The translations under genes were made by a program, and so were the position numbers. 64,000 nucleotides of DNA from a virus (taxonomy: Duplodnaviria; Caudoviricetes), in the IMG/VR virus record IMGVR_UViG_3300032038_000022, positions 32,001 to 96,000 of that record. One strand, written 5' to 3'. Below the pieces are notes generated by a model, which was not told the DNA's origin, searched no databases, and saw nothing but the letters and a program-made list of their open reading frames with translations. Positions 27,344-39,500 of the stretch are shown here, piece by piece. How positions within the stretch are numbered: the stretch's first letter is position 1; every line of letters starts with the position of its first letter.

Positions 27344-28489
27344 TTACTTAATTTCGATTACTATTGAACTACCTGTTTGAATAAATCCAGTTCTGAGTTG
27401 AACGTAAGGGATAACAACCCCTCTCTCATTAATTATATTTATATTTGTCTGATTAAAATCTGAATTATAAAACCCTCCGACATACGTATTATAAGAAGTT
27501 TTCCAGAAAGTTTCCGGCACTAAGATATAAGCATACTTACCTCCTGAACAGTCAAATGAGTTTGCTGACATTGTTCCAGTTTCAGTATACCAAGAAGTAA
27601 ATTCACTAAGGGAAGTATAAGAGATATTATTTCCTAAACTTTCACTAGATGAAGTTCCGATGAAATACTTATACCCAAATTTAATATATGCATTCGTCGT
27701 AGCTGAATTTTTATTATTTAGCCAAGAAGTGATAGTAAAGGTATAAGTTTTATTCGTATTACTTTCTAACCCTTCTTTACCAACCCATCTATTTAATTCA
27801 GTTGTTCCGATAATAGGGGCAGTAACTGTGGATCTGATAGAAGTACATTCTTCTCCTTTTTTATTTAATGTCCAAGTTATTTCTGGAAGTATCCAAGATC
27901 CAGCAGGTATCCAATAAGTTTCTGAAGTGCCTTTAGGATTTTGTTGTAAGGATACTCGTTCATTTTCTATTAATGTCTCCATTAAAATAATATCTTGCTC
28001 ATTAATAATTCCATCTTCATTAAAGTCACAATCATCTGAGTAAGTATTATTTGTAATGTGATTAATAATATTTTCTGTAAAGTCTTGTTTTACATTATCA
28101 AGTTCTCCCGTTCCTGTATAAGCCGGTCCTATGACAGCAGCAATACTAGGAGGGAACAGTTTATTCTCGAGTTCATCAACAGTTTCCTGAAGGGTGTCCA
28201 CTGTGGCATTTATATCATCAGCATAATCTTTAACGGCGCCAACAGAAATAGCACGTTGGTAACTATCCGAATCAATAGAGTCACTAACTCTTGTAAACCA
28301 ATGTCCAGTTTCTTCATTCTCTCTGGAACTGTCGTAAATATACCAAATTCCATCAATACATGTTTCAAAACCTTCAGGTATGGGAGTATCCCAATTCTTT
28401 AAGTCAGATGATCTTTTACATTGATTTTGACGAGAATCTAAGAATTCCTCACCTTTATATGAAAAGTTTGTTGCAATAATTGCTGACAT
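27344..28489 (-). CDS. structural protein with a dockerin/EF-hand-like loop
   Basis: DCDFNEDGIINEQDIILM; N-terminus resembles 24485-25780; ATG 28489 preferred because the upstream TTG lies in a hairpin. Confidence 0.65.
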   Translation of the reverse strand: MSAIIATNFSYKGEEFLDSRQNQCKRSSDLKNWDTPIPEGFETCIDGIWYIYDSSRENEETGHWFTRVSDSIDSDSYQRAISVGAVKDYADDINATVDTLQETVDELENKLFPPSIAAVIGPAYTGTGELDNVKQDFTENIINHITNNTYSDDCDFNEDGIINEQDIILMETLIENERVSLQQNPKGTSETYWIPAGSWILPEITWTLNKKGEECTSIRSTVTAPIIGTTELNRWVGKEGLESNTNKTYTFTITSWLNNKNSATTNAYIKFGYKYFIGTSSSESLGNNISYTSLSEFTSWYTETGTMSANSFDCSGGKYAYILVPETFWKTSYNTYVGGFYNSDFNQTNINIINERGVVIPYVQLRTGFIQTGSSIVIEIK

Positions 28490-28554
28490 ATTATTTAATT
28501 TATAAAAATAGAGAGGACTTCCTATCAAAAGGTAAATCCTCCCTAAAAATTATT

Positions 28555-31500
28555 TTAATTACCACTAGTACCTAAATTGTAGTTCGTAGATAGATCAATA
28601 TACTGTTCCTTTGCATGTTCGTTGCTATAACCGTAGTATAGATATCGAATCCAAGAACTCTTAATTGAAGTTTGTACAGATTCTGGGAAATTATTATTCC
28701 AGGATATCTTCTCATTTATAGTCTCTTCCTGATAGGTACCTGATGTAATATTAATACGATTTGTCTTAGTATCTTTAATAGGACTAACAGCTTTATAACA
28801 GAATGCACCAGCAATATCTGTAAGTTTATTAGTACTAAAAATTCCTGAGATTGAATAAGTATTTTCATCTTGATCATCGTATCTACAAGCAGCGAAGATT
28901 CCTCTAATATCCAAACTATTATTTTTAAGTGAATTAAAAACTCCGAGAAATGGATTATTGCCAAAGTAAACTCCTTGGAATGTACCATTTAGTGTTGTAA
29001 TCTTTGGAGCATAGGAGAAGAAATCTTTAGGGATTAAGTAAGTTTCTTCTTCTCCTTTGTTATCCTCATCCAACTTAGCTAAGCTTGAAAGACCTTTACA
29101 ATTATAGAAGAATTCACTAAAGTCTCTAACCTCATTAAGATAGACTAGAAGATATGGACAAATACGACCACGCATCCAGCTACTTATATCAATACCATTT
29201 GTAGCTTCACCACTTCCACACCACTTAAACATACCAATTACATTAGCTGATTCAGTGCTTGTGTTTTTCATATACGATAGAAGATCTGGAGCACAGAAGA
29301 AATTAAGAGTGGAACCTTTCTTCTCGCTGTTACTTCTTGCTGGAGTAAGGTCTGTGCTAATATCTTCATAGCAGAATACTTGATCAATATTAGTGTCTCC
29401 TAGGAAAGCCTTAAGTTTATCTTGTTTTCCATCATAAATTTTGGAAATATCAACTAAGACTGTTTCTTGTTTGGAATCTTTTCTTATTTTCCACATACCG
29501 CTCTCTTTCGAGATTGTATATTTGAATGGTATATATGAAGTATTTACATACTCGATATTTTCCCAAGGAGTTCCTTCAGTAGTTGTAGTTGGTGTCAAGC
29601 GATCAATTAAGTTTTGAGCATTACCATAAGTCGTGACGTAATTTACATCATATTTTTCAATACTACCACATCCATAGAATGCTTGAAATGCGTAACGAAT
29701 CTTTCTATTGTAATTAGCAAAGTAAACTGTCTTTATGTGACTTGAGTCGTTAAAATCAAATTCCTTTTTTGTTTTCCAAGTAATAACTCCTTCAGCATTC
29801 TTTGTATATGCCTCATCTGGATCGTCTGTTCCGTAATAAACTTTTGACGTTTTAACATGTCCATGATAGAATAATTTAGCAGGAATTTGACCCTCTAATT
29901 GTGAATTATTATTATTGGATACATCGTGGTAGAATATCTGAGTAATATTCTCAAGCTTAGTACAATCTTTAAAACCTTCAGAAATTAGTTTATAAGGGAT
30001 ATTACAGTTTTTAAGAAATGCTGCTACATTCCTCAATTGCCTACATTCAGAGAATAAATCTCCTGGGAATTCAAATGGAGTAATACCAGCATAATCCCCT
30101 CCATCAATAAGTTGTATATCTTGGAATAATCCAGGACAATTAACTAAGACGTCTTTACATGGATCAAAAATCTTGTATGGGAATTCACTTTGATTAATAT
30201 ATTTCCTTAAACCACTACCATTAAATCCAGTTATAGTGTTGGGATTACCTGTCCAATTATCTACAGTTATGTTAGTAAATCCACCATTATTATCTACTGT
30301 ATCGTGATAACCTATATTCTGTAAATTAGTGAATCCGTTAAACATTCCAGAGGTAATAGGGAATTTAACTTTTCCATCTCTATCCCAATGGTTATAATCG
30401 GTACTTGCATTGGAAACTTTAAACGAATTAGATATTGTATCCAAATTTCTTTTGTTGCTGAATATTTTTTGGAGATCAATTGTTCCTCTACCATAGCTGG
30501 TATTAAATGAGTTTATTACGGTTGTTACTCCAGTTAAAATCTTTAAGGTATCATAATTTAGGTAGGATGGTGAACAAATAGCGTTAATTGATGTGAGCTT
30601 TGGCAGATCCTTAAAGAAATCAGTCATGTTACCCATCTTTTGTATAACTGAATCATTATGCGAAGATATTTGCTCTTCTAGCGAATTAACTCTACTATAA
30701 TCTAATGAATCAATCTCATCATAAATATATGGAAAATCTTGATAACTTATATTAGTTAAATACGGATAAGTTGGATGAGTTGTATCATTCTTACGTCTAA
30801 AGAAGAAACGACTGATATAACCACCCACATCAAATAATCTAGCAAAACTTGTTAAATTAACCAGAGGACTAATAAGACCATTATCAATAGTTACATTACC
30901 TTCAGCATCATGATCAGGACATGGAAATTTAGTATTATCAGAGCCCGTAATCATTTCACTAATGCTGGTAATACTAGAGCATCCATAGAACATATAACGA
31001 TTAGGTTGATTGCCTTCATTAAATGCAAATCTCTTTTCTCCACTATTATTACCCCAGAATGATCTATAACCTAATTGATCAACCTTCATATTACTTAAGG
31101 CTAATGCATTAAGAATATAGTAAATATCAAACTGTGTACAAGACGTATCGTTGCAGATCTGGTCAAGAACTTTTTTCTTTCTATCAAATTGAATATTAGT
31201 TACATTATCACCATCCTTCCACCAACCCGATGATGTATTATAGAAGATCGGATTAGATACATTAGGATCTTGATTATTATTATAACTAATGAGTCCATTA
31301 AGTTTTGCTACTATAGTATCATGATCATCAGAAGTTCCAATATTTGACAGAATTTCAAGTGGCATAAGAACTACACCATTACTTCTAGTTTTAGCACTAT
31401 TACCCCATGCCTCAGACGTTTTACCATGAATAGAGAATCTTGTTAGACCTTTGAAGCAAGAGTCACAACCTATAATTAAATTACCATATACCCTCTCAAG

Positions 31501-34500
31501 ATACGTACAGTTTTCAAAAGGGGTGTAAATCGGAATAGGTCTAAGTCGATTATTAGCAAAACGAATTTTAGTTACGACAGGATTATTTCTAATAGTAACA
31601 CTACTTAAACTTGTCATAGGAGATAAGTCAAGTAATGTCGAATCTGTATTAGGAATGTTATTATATGTAATACTAGAAAGTTTAGCAGAATCAATATTAA
31701 AGGTAGTAAGTTTATCACAAGTTCCATTTATAGTAAGACTCTTCAGGTTTGAACATCCTCCAAGATTGAGAGTTACCAAGTTTGTAGCATTAATAATTAC
31801 ATTTTCAAGATTATTTGCTGAATTCTCAGAACTAACTGCCAAAGAAGTAATGTATGGTCCGTCAACAGTTATTTTCTTAAGTTTTGTACAAGTTTCTATA
31901 GTAACTCTTTCAAAATTAGTAAGCGTAAGTTCTTCAAGTGCACTATCTGCAATAGTGAGACTAGCATTCCTTTTTTCTTTTGCATCTAGAGTAAGATATT
32001 TAATTCTATTTCCTCTTAGAATAATTTCATTTGTCCATATAGGATTAATAATACACTCACTTATGGTTGAATTTCCAAAAGTAACAGTTTTTAAAGCATT
32101 ACAGTCAGAAAGTTTCACTGATGAAGTATTTATATAACTTAAATTAACAGTTTTTACATTTTCTGCAACTACTTTCAATTGAATCCTACTATTACTAATA
32201 TCAATGTTATTAAGATTAGGGAAATTATCAACAGCACTTGCATCAAAGACTAACTCTCCTTGATAATCAGAACTTGTTAAAGATACGTCCTGAAGAGCAG
32301 GCATATTTAAGTTCCAGCTTCTAACAGTACCAGAATTACCATTTAATGTCGTAAGGCGATTTGTACTAATATTAAAAGGAGTTCTAACAAAACTATTAAT
32401 ACTATCCAAGTAGGTCCAAAGTGCAGAACCACCAAAGATCCACTTATTATTACCAGTAATATCAGTAGTTGCAATTTTATATTTATTTGTAGATTTCTTC
32501 AATAAATATCTATAATATAGACTATCTCCCATCTTCATAATAAGAGGAGAATAATCTGGTGCTTTAATTATGAAACTGAGATTATCCTGATAAGATTGAT
32601 CAGATCCAAAAATATCCTTGATTACATAAATATCATTATTAGTTGTATCAGTTACGTTTGCATTAGGGTAAGCCTCATAATATTGCTTATCACGGCTTAA
32701 GTATTCCTTTCCATCTGAAATTGTAATAGATGTATTACCGATAATATTAAAATAAGCATCAAGGATATGTAAACGACCATTAAGCCATTCTCTGACATAA
32801 GAAATACGTCTTCCTTTGAAACGGCTAATTTCAGTACTAAATCCAGTTTTATCAGCATTCGTTAAGAGATATTTATGACGATAATTAAAGTTAAACATTA
32901 ATTCATCAACATTCTTCATATAACCAGAATAATAAGTTTCCATGAACTTATCAGCATTAGCAAGTGGTCCCGTCCCTTGTCTCCACGTAGCCCAAAGATT
33001 CTGAGGAGATTGAAGATCAGCCTCCTTTAAGAATTCATCTTTATTATTCATTGCTCTAGCATACTTAGCAACAGCAAAAGCATATGAACTGGCAATATCA
33101 TAACCGACAATACCATCAGCCTGTGATTTATCAAAGTAGTCTCTGTATACTTCTACAGGTTTTGCATTATAGTAATCCTCTTCACTATCTTTAACTGATT
33201 TATCTTCCCAGAAATCACTAAAAGCAAAATATGTACTATCTTTACCATCATTATCAATACCAAGACAGGTATCCATATCATAGAAGGCAAAGTAGAATGT
33301 ACCACCGGAATTCCATGTTTTAATATTAAGGTTCTTTTGTACTGAGTCTAGAAGACCAAATGCCATACAAACCGTATAATATTCAACTAAGCTTGGAAAG
33401 TCTACATAAGGTGCAACAGTACCAGTGCCAGACGTTTGTCCACTAATGTAGTAAATAAGATCATTTTGTGTAGGATCTTCAGGAGTTCTAGAATCATCTT
33501 TCTTATAACTAGGAACACCAGTAGAAGACACACTCTTATTATATTGATCATAAACATTAGGAACTGATCCTTTTTCACGATAACTATTTTTATGAGATCT
33601 CATCCTTTTCCCAATAGCATAGAATACATAACCGCCAGCACGAGCTGTATGTTCAACAAATGCTTGAATTCTTTGGTTTGTAATAGATGGGTCTGCACCA
33701 GACTCTGTATCATCAAACATGAACTGCTTATCAACACCACTTTCTACTGTGAATAGAATCGAACTACCATATTCAGAGAAATCCCAGTATATATTATTAT
33801 CTGAAATTTCAGATACTGTTAGATTTGGTTTAAGAGCATATGCTGAATCTTGGATTGCACAAACACAGAATCCATTATCACTTACTCTTAAGTCATCAGG
33901 AAGATTACTTGTTGCACAATATCCTAAGTTAAAGTAGCTAGAGCGACCGAGGTTACAGTTATAAATTCCGAGATAGTAACATTCGGTCTTATCAGCTTTG
34001 CCACCTGGATTATTAATTTGAACAAATACAAGAATTGGAAAACCAGTAAGACAGTTCTTCACGTAATTTGTATACTTTCCTGTATCACCTACAGTAGCTT
34101 GAGTGAATTTAGAGGTATTAGCATTAACAAAAGCACCCATACTTGTATTATTAGAGTGACTTGAGTCAACAACGTCGGCTTTTAATGTAAATGCTTTCTC
34201 AGGAAGGTAAGTATTCGTGTCATTAGGGTTAAACCTTGGAGAGAATAGTGGAGTATATCCAGCAGTACTGTCCGCAGCTTGAATACCTAAAGTATAGTTC
34301 TTAGCATGATAAGTTCTTGTAGTAGAACCCTGAATATCGAGAGTAAACTGTGCTGCGATAGAACCATTTCCTGCAGCAATATTACTAATATCAATGTCTT
34401 GAACTTCAGAATTACCATTACTCCAAGCAATACCAATATTTAGTTTACTACTATCATTAGAGTTAGCACCGTAAATCTTATCACTCCATTCAATAAATCT

Positions 34501-36585
34501 TGGGATACTAGTCTGTCCTTCTCCTGGATTAGGATTATATCCAGCTTCATCATATTTTAGAACAAGAACTGGAACATCTGTAGATCGTGCAATACTATTA
34601 ATACTACCAACAGTTACTTCAACGTGGTTATCATCAGATAGAGAGAATCCATTTTCAATATAGTTAAGCAATTTTGTTTCTATACTTGTTTGACCTTGGA
34701 TTCTTTGCTTATATGTATACCAGTATCTTACAATACCAGCGTCAGTCATATAAGTATATTGTTTATCTTCTGGACTATTATGTTTAAAGTATGAAACTTC
34801 AAGAAGATTTATGAAGTAGTTACTTGGACTAAGCTTAATAGATCTATAGATCTCCTGTGTAGTGATATAGTTAGGATATACTAATTCAAGTACACCATCC
34901 ATATATACACAGAGCTCAGAAAGTTGATCTCCTGTATTATCATTACGTCTAATAAATCGACGATATATTGAGATAAGGTGATAATTAGAAGCAATAGTTG
35001 CACCGTATGTCTCTTCCTTTCCAAGATACATACTACCTAATTCAGTTACTCCGCGAACAATTTTATTCTGATAGATTATAATACTATTAGCATCATTATC
35101 TGAATTAATAGTTAAGATCGGCTTAGTATCATCATTTGTAGCACTATATTGAATACCAATACAAATTAAACAATCATTAGCTTCAGATGGAGTATCGTCA
35201 ATATCAATATCTCGTGCATCTGAGTTAGCATACATTGTTATAATTCCATTGACCTTACTTTTGGTACCGTTATCGTTATAGGAAAAACCACTAGTAGTTT
35301 GGTCAGTAATACCTTGTTTATATATGCTTTTATGAACAGGAGGTCGGACAGGATCGTCTTCTTCATCAGGATTTATAGGATACCAGTTAAGGTCAGATTT
35401 AAGCTCCTCAGTATAAATCCAGTATTTATAGGTTTTTGTAGTTGCAGTACTTGAATCTGTAATTGTAAAAATTACTTCATGCCATCCAGTTGTAGTAAAG
35501 TTAAGAACACAATTTGTAGCCTTTCTTTCCTCAAGGTTGTTAATTTTTTCCTCCTGGATAACTCCATCAAGCGAAACAGTATATGGGAAAGAGCGACCTT
35601 GGTTAGTACTTCCGTTATAGGGTGTGAGGGCAAAAGACTGAGAACCGGTGTAATACTCGTACCAATTTGATGTCGGTTTCTCATCTTGATAGATTATTCC
35701 CTTTTCTGGCACTACTTTAAGATATAATCCTTCTGGAATAAGGTTAACTGATAAGGTTTTATTAGTTCTAATACCATTAACTAAGAATTGAATAGTAAAT
35801 TTATAATTACCTGCACTATTATTAGTAACGGAACTAATATCAGTAAATGCATCAAGTAAAATAGTTCCCTCACTTGATGTAGAAGAGTCAATACTACCTG
35901 ATCCTGTATCATCATTAAAGTTTGTGTATGAATAATTTACAATACCTAAACTAGTAGTGGCCAGATAGTAATTAACAGCAACCTTTAAACCACCTGCTTT
36001 AATAGTTGAGATAAAGAGTGAATTATCAAGAACTGTATACCCAATACCTTGATTATCTGCGAAAAAACAGTTAAATGAGTAGGAGTTAGTAATATAGTAT
36101 CCTGTAATACTCTTATCAACACCATTACCATCTAATGCAGTAATAGTAATACTAGCATTGCCTGAAATAGAAATATCTTTTTCAGCAGTCCAGTTATTAT
36201 CCTGTGTCAATCTTACAGTCTTAGTTTCTTTTACGTTATTATACGTATAAGAATAAGTTACTGTAAAAGTATCACCTCCTGGGTTATTAATATGAAGATA
36301 TAACTTATATGTTCCAGCTTCAGGGAAATTAATAGGTTCTGAATTATTTATTAAAACCTGATCTCCCAAACGAGCTGAAATAGACCAAGGGGAGGAGGTG
36401 CCTCCACCGCCACCAGAGCCTGAGCCGACACCCCCGTATTGGTATATCCATTTGACATTACTACGGAGTTCTTTAATAGCTTTATCCTGAGCTTCTAATA
36501 TCTCTCTAAGATTTTTGCCTTTATTAGAACCACTTTCAATGGTAACATCATCTGAAAATATAATATTATTTCCGTTTCTTTTCAT
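28555..36585 (-). CDS. giant protein (2676 aa) with CotH-kinase-like domain and leucine-rich repeats
   Basis: QGSTT..Y..KNY, FTLKADVVDSSHSNN, YLGIYNCNLG, DSVQKN, FYDMDTCLG; then L..L.L..C..L and LF..C..L repeats. Confidence 0.75.
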   Translation of the reverse strand: MKRNGNNIIFSDDVTIESGSNKGKNLREILEAQDKAIKELRSNVKWIYQYGGVGSGSGGGGGTSSPWSISARLGDQVLINNSEPINFPEAGTYKLYLHINNPGGDTFTVTYSYTYNNVKETKTVRLTQDNNWTAEKDISISGNASITITALDGNGVDKSITGYYITNSYSFNCFFADNQGIGYTVLDNSLFISTIKAGGLKVAVNYYLATTSLGIVNYSYTNFNDDTGSGSIDSSTSSEGTILLDAFTDISSVTNNSAGNYKFTIQFLVNGIRTNKTLSVNLIPEGLYLKVVPEKGIIYQDEKPTSNWYEYYTGSQSFALTPYNGSTNQGRSFPYTVSLDGVIQEEKINNLEERKATNCVLNFTTTGWHEVIFTITDSSTATTKTYKYWIYTEELKSDLNWYPINPDEEDDPVRPPVHKSIYKQGITDQTTSGFSYNDNGTKSKVNGIITMYANSDARDIDIDDTPSEANDCLICIGIQYSATNDDTKPILTINSDNDANSIIIYQNKIVRGVTELGSMYLGKEETYGATIASNYHLISIYRRFIRRNDNTGDQLSELCVYMDGVLELVYPNYITTQEIYRSIKLSPSNYFINLLEVSYFKHNSPEDKQYTYMTDAGIVRYWYTYKQRIQGQTSIETKLLNYIENGFSLSDDNHVEVTVGSINSIARSTDVPVLVLKYDEAGYNPNPGEGQTSIPRFIEWSDKIYGANSNDSSKLNIGIAWSNGNSEVQDIDISNIAAGNGSIAAQFTLDIQGSTTRTYHAKNYTLGIQAADSTAGYTPLFSPRFNPNDTNTYLPEKAFTLKADVVDSSHSNNTSMGAFVNANTSKFTQATVGDTGKYTNYVKNCLTGFPILVFVQINNPGGKADKTECYYLGIYNCNLGRSSYFNLGYCATSNLPDDLRVSDNGFCVCAIQDSAYALKPNLTVSEISDNNIYWDFSEYGSSILFTVESGVDKQFMFDDTESGADPSITNQRIQAFVEHTARAGGYVFYAIGKRMRSHKNSYREKGSVPNVYDQYNKSVSSTGVPSYKKDDSRTPEDPTQNDLIYYISGQTSGTGTVAPYVDFPSLVEYYTVCMAFGLLDSVQKNLNIKTWNSGGTFYFAFYDMDTCLGIDNDGKDSTYFAFSDFWEDKSVKDSEEDYYNAKPVEVYRDYFDKSQADGIVGYDIASSYAFAVAKYARAMNNKDEFLKEADLQSPQNLWATWRQGTGPLANADKFMETYYSGYMKNVDELMFNFNYRHKYLLTNADKTGFSTEISRFKGRRISYVREWLNGRLHILDAYFNIIGNTSITISDGKEYLSRDKQYYEAYPNANVTDTTNNDIYVIKDIFGSDQSYQDNLSFIIKAPDYSPLIMKMGDSLYYRYLLKKSTNKYKIATTDITGNNKWIFGGSALWTYLDSINSFVRTPFNISTNRLTTLNGNSGTVRSWNLNMPALQDVSLTSSDYQGELVFDASAVDNFPNLNNIDISNSRIQLKVVAENVKTVNLSYINTSSVKLSDCNALKTVTFGNSTISECIINPIWTNEIILRGNRIKYLTLDAKEKRNASLTIADSALEELTLTNFERVTIETCTKLKKITVDGPYITSLAVSSENSANNLENVIINATNLVTLNLGGCSNLKSLTINGTCDKLTTFNIDSAKLSSITYNNIPNTDSTLLDLSPMTSLSSVTIRNNPVVTKIRFANNRLRPIPIYTPFENCTYLERVYGNLIIGCDSCFKGLTRFSIHGKTSEAWGNSAKTRSNGVVLMPLEILSNIGTSDDHDTIVAKLNGLISYNNNQDPNVSNPIFYNTSSGWWKDGDNVTNIQFDRKKKVLDQICNDTSCTQFDIYYILNALALSNMKVDQLGYRSFWGNNSGEKRFAFNEGNQPNRYMFYGCSSITSISEMITGSDNTKFPCPDHDAEGNVTIDNGLISPLVNLTSFARLFDVGGYISRFFFRRKNDTTHPTYPYLTNISYQDFPYIYDEIDSLDYSRVNSLEEQISSHNDSVIQKMGNMTDFFKDLPKLTSINAICSPSYLNYDTLKILTGVTTVINSFNTSYGRGTIDLQKIFSNKRNLDTISNSFKVSNASTDYNHWDRDGKVKFPITSGMFNGFTNLQNIGYHDTVDNNGGFTNITVDNWTGNPNTITGFNGSGLRKYINQSEFPYKIFDPCKDVLVNCPGLFQDIQLIDGGDYAGITPFEFPGDLFSECRQLRNVAAFLKNCNIPYKLISEGFKDCTKLENITQIFYHDVSNNNNSQLEGQIPAKLFYHGHVKTSKVYYGTDDPDEAYTKNAEGVITWKTKKEFDFNDSSHIKTVYFANYNRKIRYAFQAFYGCGSIEKYDVNYVTTYGNAQNLIDRLTPTTTTEGTPWENIEYVNTSYIPFKYTISKESGMWKIRKDSKQETVLVDISKIYDGKQDKLKAFLGDTNIDQVFCYEDISTDLTPARSNSEKKGSTLNFFCAPDLLSYMKNTSTESANVIGMFKWCGSGEATNGIDISSWMRGRICPYLLVYLNEVRDFSEFFYNCKGLSSLAKLDEDNKGEEETYLIPKDFFSYAPKITTLNGTFQGVYFGNNPFLGVFNSLKNNSLDIRGIFAACRYDDQDENTYSISGIFSTNKLTDIAGAFCYKAVSPIKDTKTNRINITSGTYQEETINEKISWNNNFPESVQTSIKSSWIRYLYYGYSNEHAKEQYIDLSTNYNLGTSGN

Positions 36586-36590
36586 TGTAA

Positions 36591-39500
36591 TTATTTAGAT
36601 ATAGATATAATTGCGGTTTCTGTAGTAGTCCAGCTGCCATACTTCCAAGTGCTGTCTGTTGCAACCTTACTAATAACATCACCAGAATCAATCTGCCAAG
36701 TAGTACTTGCCCAATTATAGTTCTCATACAGATACTGTTCTTGAGTAGCATCAGTTCCGTATTCATATTGACTAAAGAGCTTAGTAGGAGCAGATTGAAT
36801 ATTCTTAAGTCGAATTAATTTAACTGTAATATTAGAGTTTCCAAGATCTACAATAACATACATAGGATATCTCTGTTCTGGACTAGCCTTTGCAGAAGAT
36901 CCGCTATAAGTTGACTGAGGTAGCAATCTTGAAAATGCTTGATTAGGGCTAGGGAGCTCCTTATTAGACATCAGCTTAAATCCAGTAGCTTGACACATTA
37001 GATAAATAACACCCGCATTACCACCAGCAAATTCACTAACATACTTCATAGGATAGAAGAATCCAGCTCCAGCACCAGGGTTATTAGGTCTCTTAGTTAA
37101 TGGGAACTTGCTCAAGTGAGCACCAGTATAGGTGGTAGCTGTATTAATAACAACATCACCAATCCAATTTACTAAATCGTCATGCTCCAAAGTTTGAGTC
37201 ATTGTCATAGGGCCATGATTTAAGCTTGACTTATAAGTACTATCTGAAGCAGAATCTTTATAAAGATAATTTTCCATTACAGGATAAGTACATGAATAAG
37301 TATGTTTATGTCCACCAAGACAAAGACGAATACCTCTAAATTCAAGTAGACGACTAAACCAATAAATACCAACTGTATCATTAGCATTTAATTGATTAAG
37401 ATGACTACCAACAAGAGAGGTTCCACTTAAGCTTCTACTTGCACTTTTTATTTTAGCTGTATCCTCAAGATTTTCTTTTGTGATAACTGTAAATGGCATT
37501 TCATGACAAGCAACAATCATCTCCTTTGTTGTATTTGTCATGTTATACAACATTGTATATACTGAAGTGAAACCACCATAGAATGTAGGTTCACCTGTAG
37601 TAGGAACAGTCCAACCAGTATACACATTAACTACTTGTCCATTATTCTTTACATTAAACCAGTTATTACAATTTTCATATGTAATTTCACTATTGACCAT
37701 GATAAGACGATAATTCTTAAAGTCAATATAATAGAGTGAAGGAACATACTTTCCGTTTATAATAGGAATACTTCCTGCAGTTGTATCTACCTCATAACAA
37801 TAGAATACATGGAAGTAATATGAGTTTGATTTACCAATATCATCACCTGTACCAAGAATTGTGAAATCTGTTCCACAAAGGTCATTATTACCGACAACAT
37901 TGACTTGTTCTAAGTGATCAAACAAATTAATACCTGCATTATAATAGTCAACCCATTCATTGATGCGGGCACCCGATTGTGTCATATCACCTGTATTCAT
38001 AAGAACAGGGAGAATATTAGGACTTGCAGTTTTATCAGCATTAATTCTCTCATTAACCTTTTGAGCTGCAGCACCCCAAGATTGATATTCAATCCAGTGA
38101 AAACCCTGTTGATCAGTTGTTTGGTAAATCCTAGGAATATAGGAGTCTGGATATAGAGTAAACGTCATCTCATTTGAGCAATGGTCTGTATCAGGTGCAT
38201 TGCCATCTTTATTAGCTCTACCTACAACATAAGTGTAAGTTTCCGGAGAACTTGGTGCATCTGCTCTTAATGCAATAATACATTTATGAGCAGTATATGA
38301 ACTAGCTTCATCTCCAGGGAAATGACCATACATTCTAGCATAGATGATATTGTTAATATCTATACTGAATTCTTTACGTCTAGGATATGAAGTTCCTTCC
38401 GTATTTGCTGTTGTAACTTTTGTATAAGAGCTAAATTTTGTCCAACTACCTTCATTCTTAATCCAAACATACTCATCAAATAAACCAGCACTAACCCAGT
38501 TAAACGTTCTTGTAGTATAAGGATTGATACCAAATGAACAAGTAACCATATTTGGTTTATTAGGATCAAGTTTATTTTTGTCTGTTAATACATTCTTCTT
38601 TTCGAAAGATGCCTTTGGTGTAAATTTGGAAACAGGATAAGTTTCTGTAGTTTTTGGGAATGAAATAACCTCTTTATCCAATCTTACATATTGATAGTCA
38701 TTTGCACTTCCATGACGAACTCTAGAGCTATCATATGTATTTAGAGATTGGTATGCTTGTTTAGCAGGATCAAGTTCAAATGTATTTTTATAGATCGCAT
38801 CAACAAAAACACCATCTACGATCATATTCATGTTCATATTAGCAGTTGTCCAATATGCTCCAGAAGTTGAAGTAATAGCACTATTGTAATAAACGCTATC
38901 AATATAATATGATTTATATAAATATGGTGCTTTACTCTTATTATCACTATCATTATTAGACCAAACTGATGTTGAATAGTCTAAGTCTTCTTTTCCATAA
39001 GTTAAACAGAAACCATGAGGATCCGAACCAATTTTAGAACCACTAGCGTTCTCAGTTACGATACCATTATGAGAGAAATCTATTAATTCTCCATTTTCGT
39101 ACCATTCCATATCATAGGTACCTACTTTAATGAAGACATTAGGATCATTTAGGTTTGCGTATTGTTTACCGCGAATCAAAAAGGTTCCGCCAGCAGGAAT
39201 AGTTCCTTTAAGAGGGAGATGTGATACTCTATATACATTATCAACACTTCTTACATAGTGCATAAAGCATCCATCGAGTTGGAAATCAGCATCACTAGTA
39301 TTCTCTAACTCGATATATCCATGTGAACAACCAAAAGTAGTATTGGTTCTTGCTGGAGCATAAAAAGCACCAATTTTCACACGATCACTATAAAGACCGA
39401 TATCCTGAGTCTGTGTAAGAGCAGATTCTCCAGTCTCTACAGACTTATTATTTTGTTCTTTAAGTCTAAGTTGTCCTACCAGTCCTCGCCAAGTATTATC

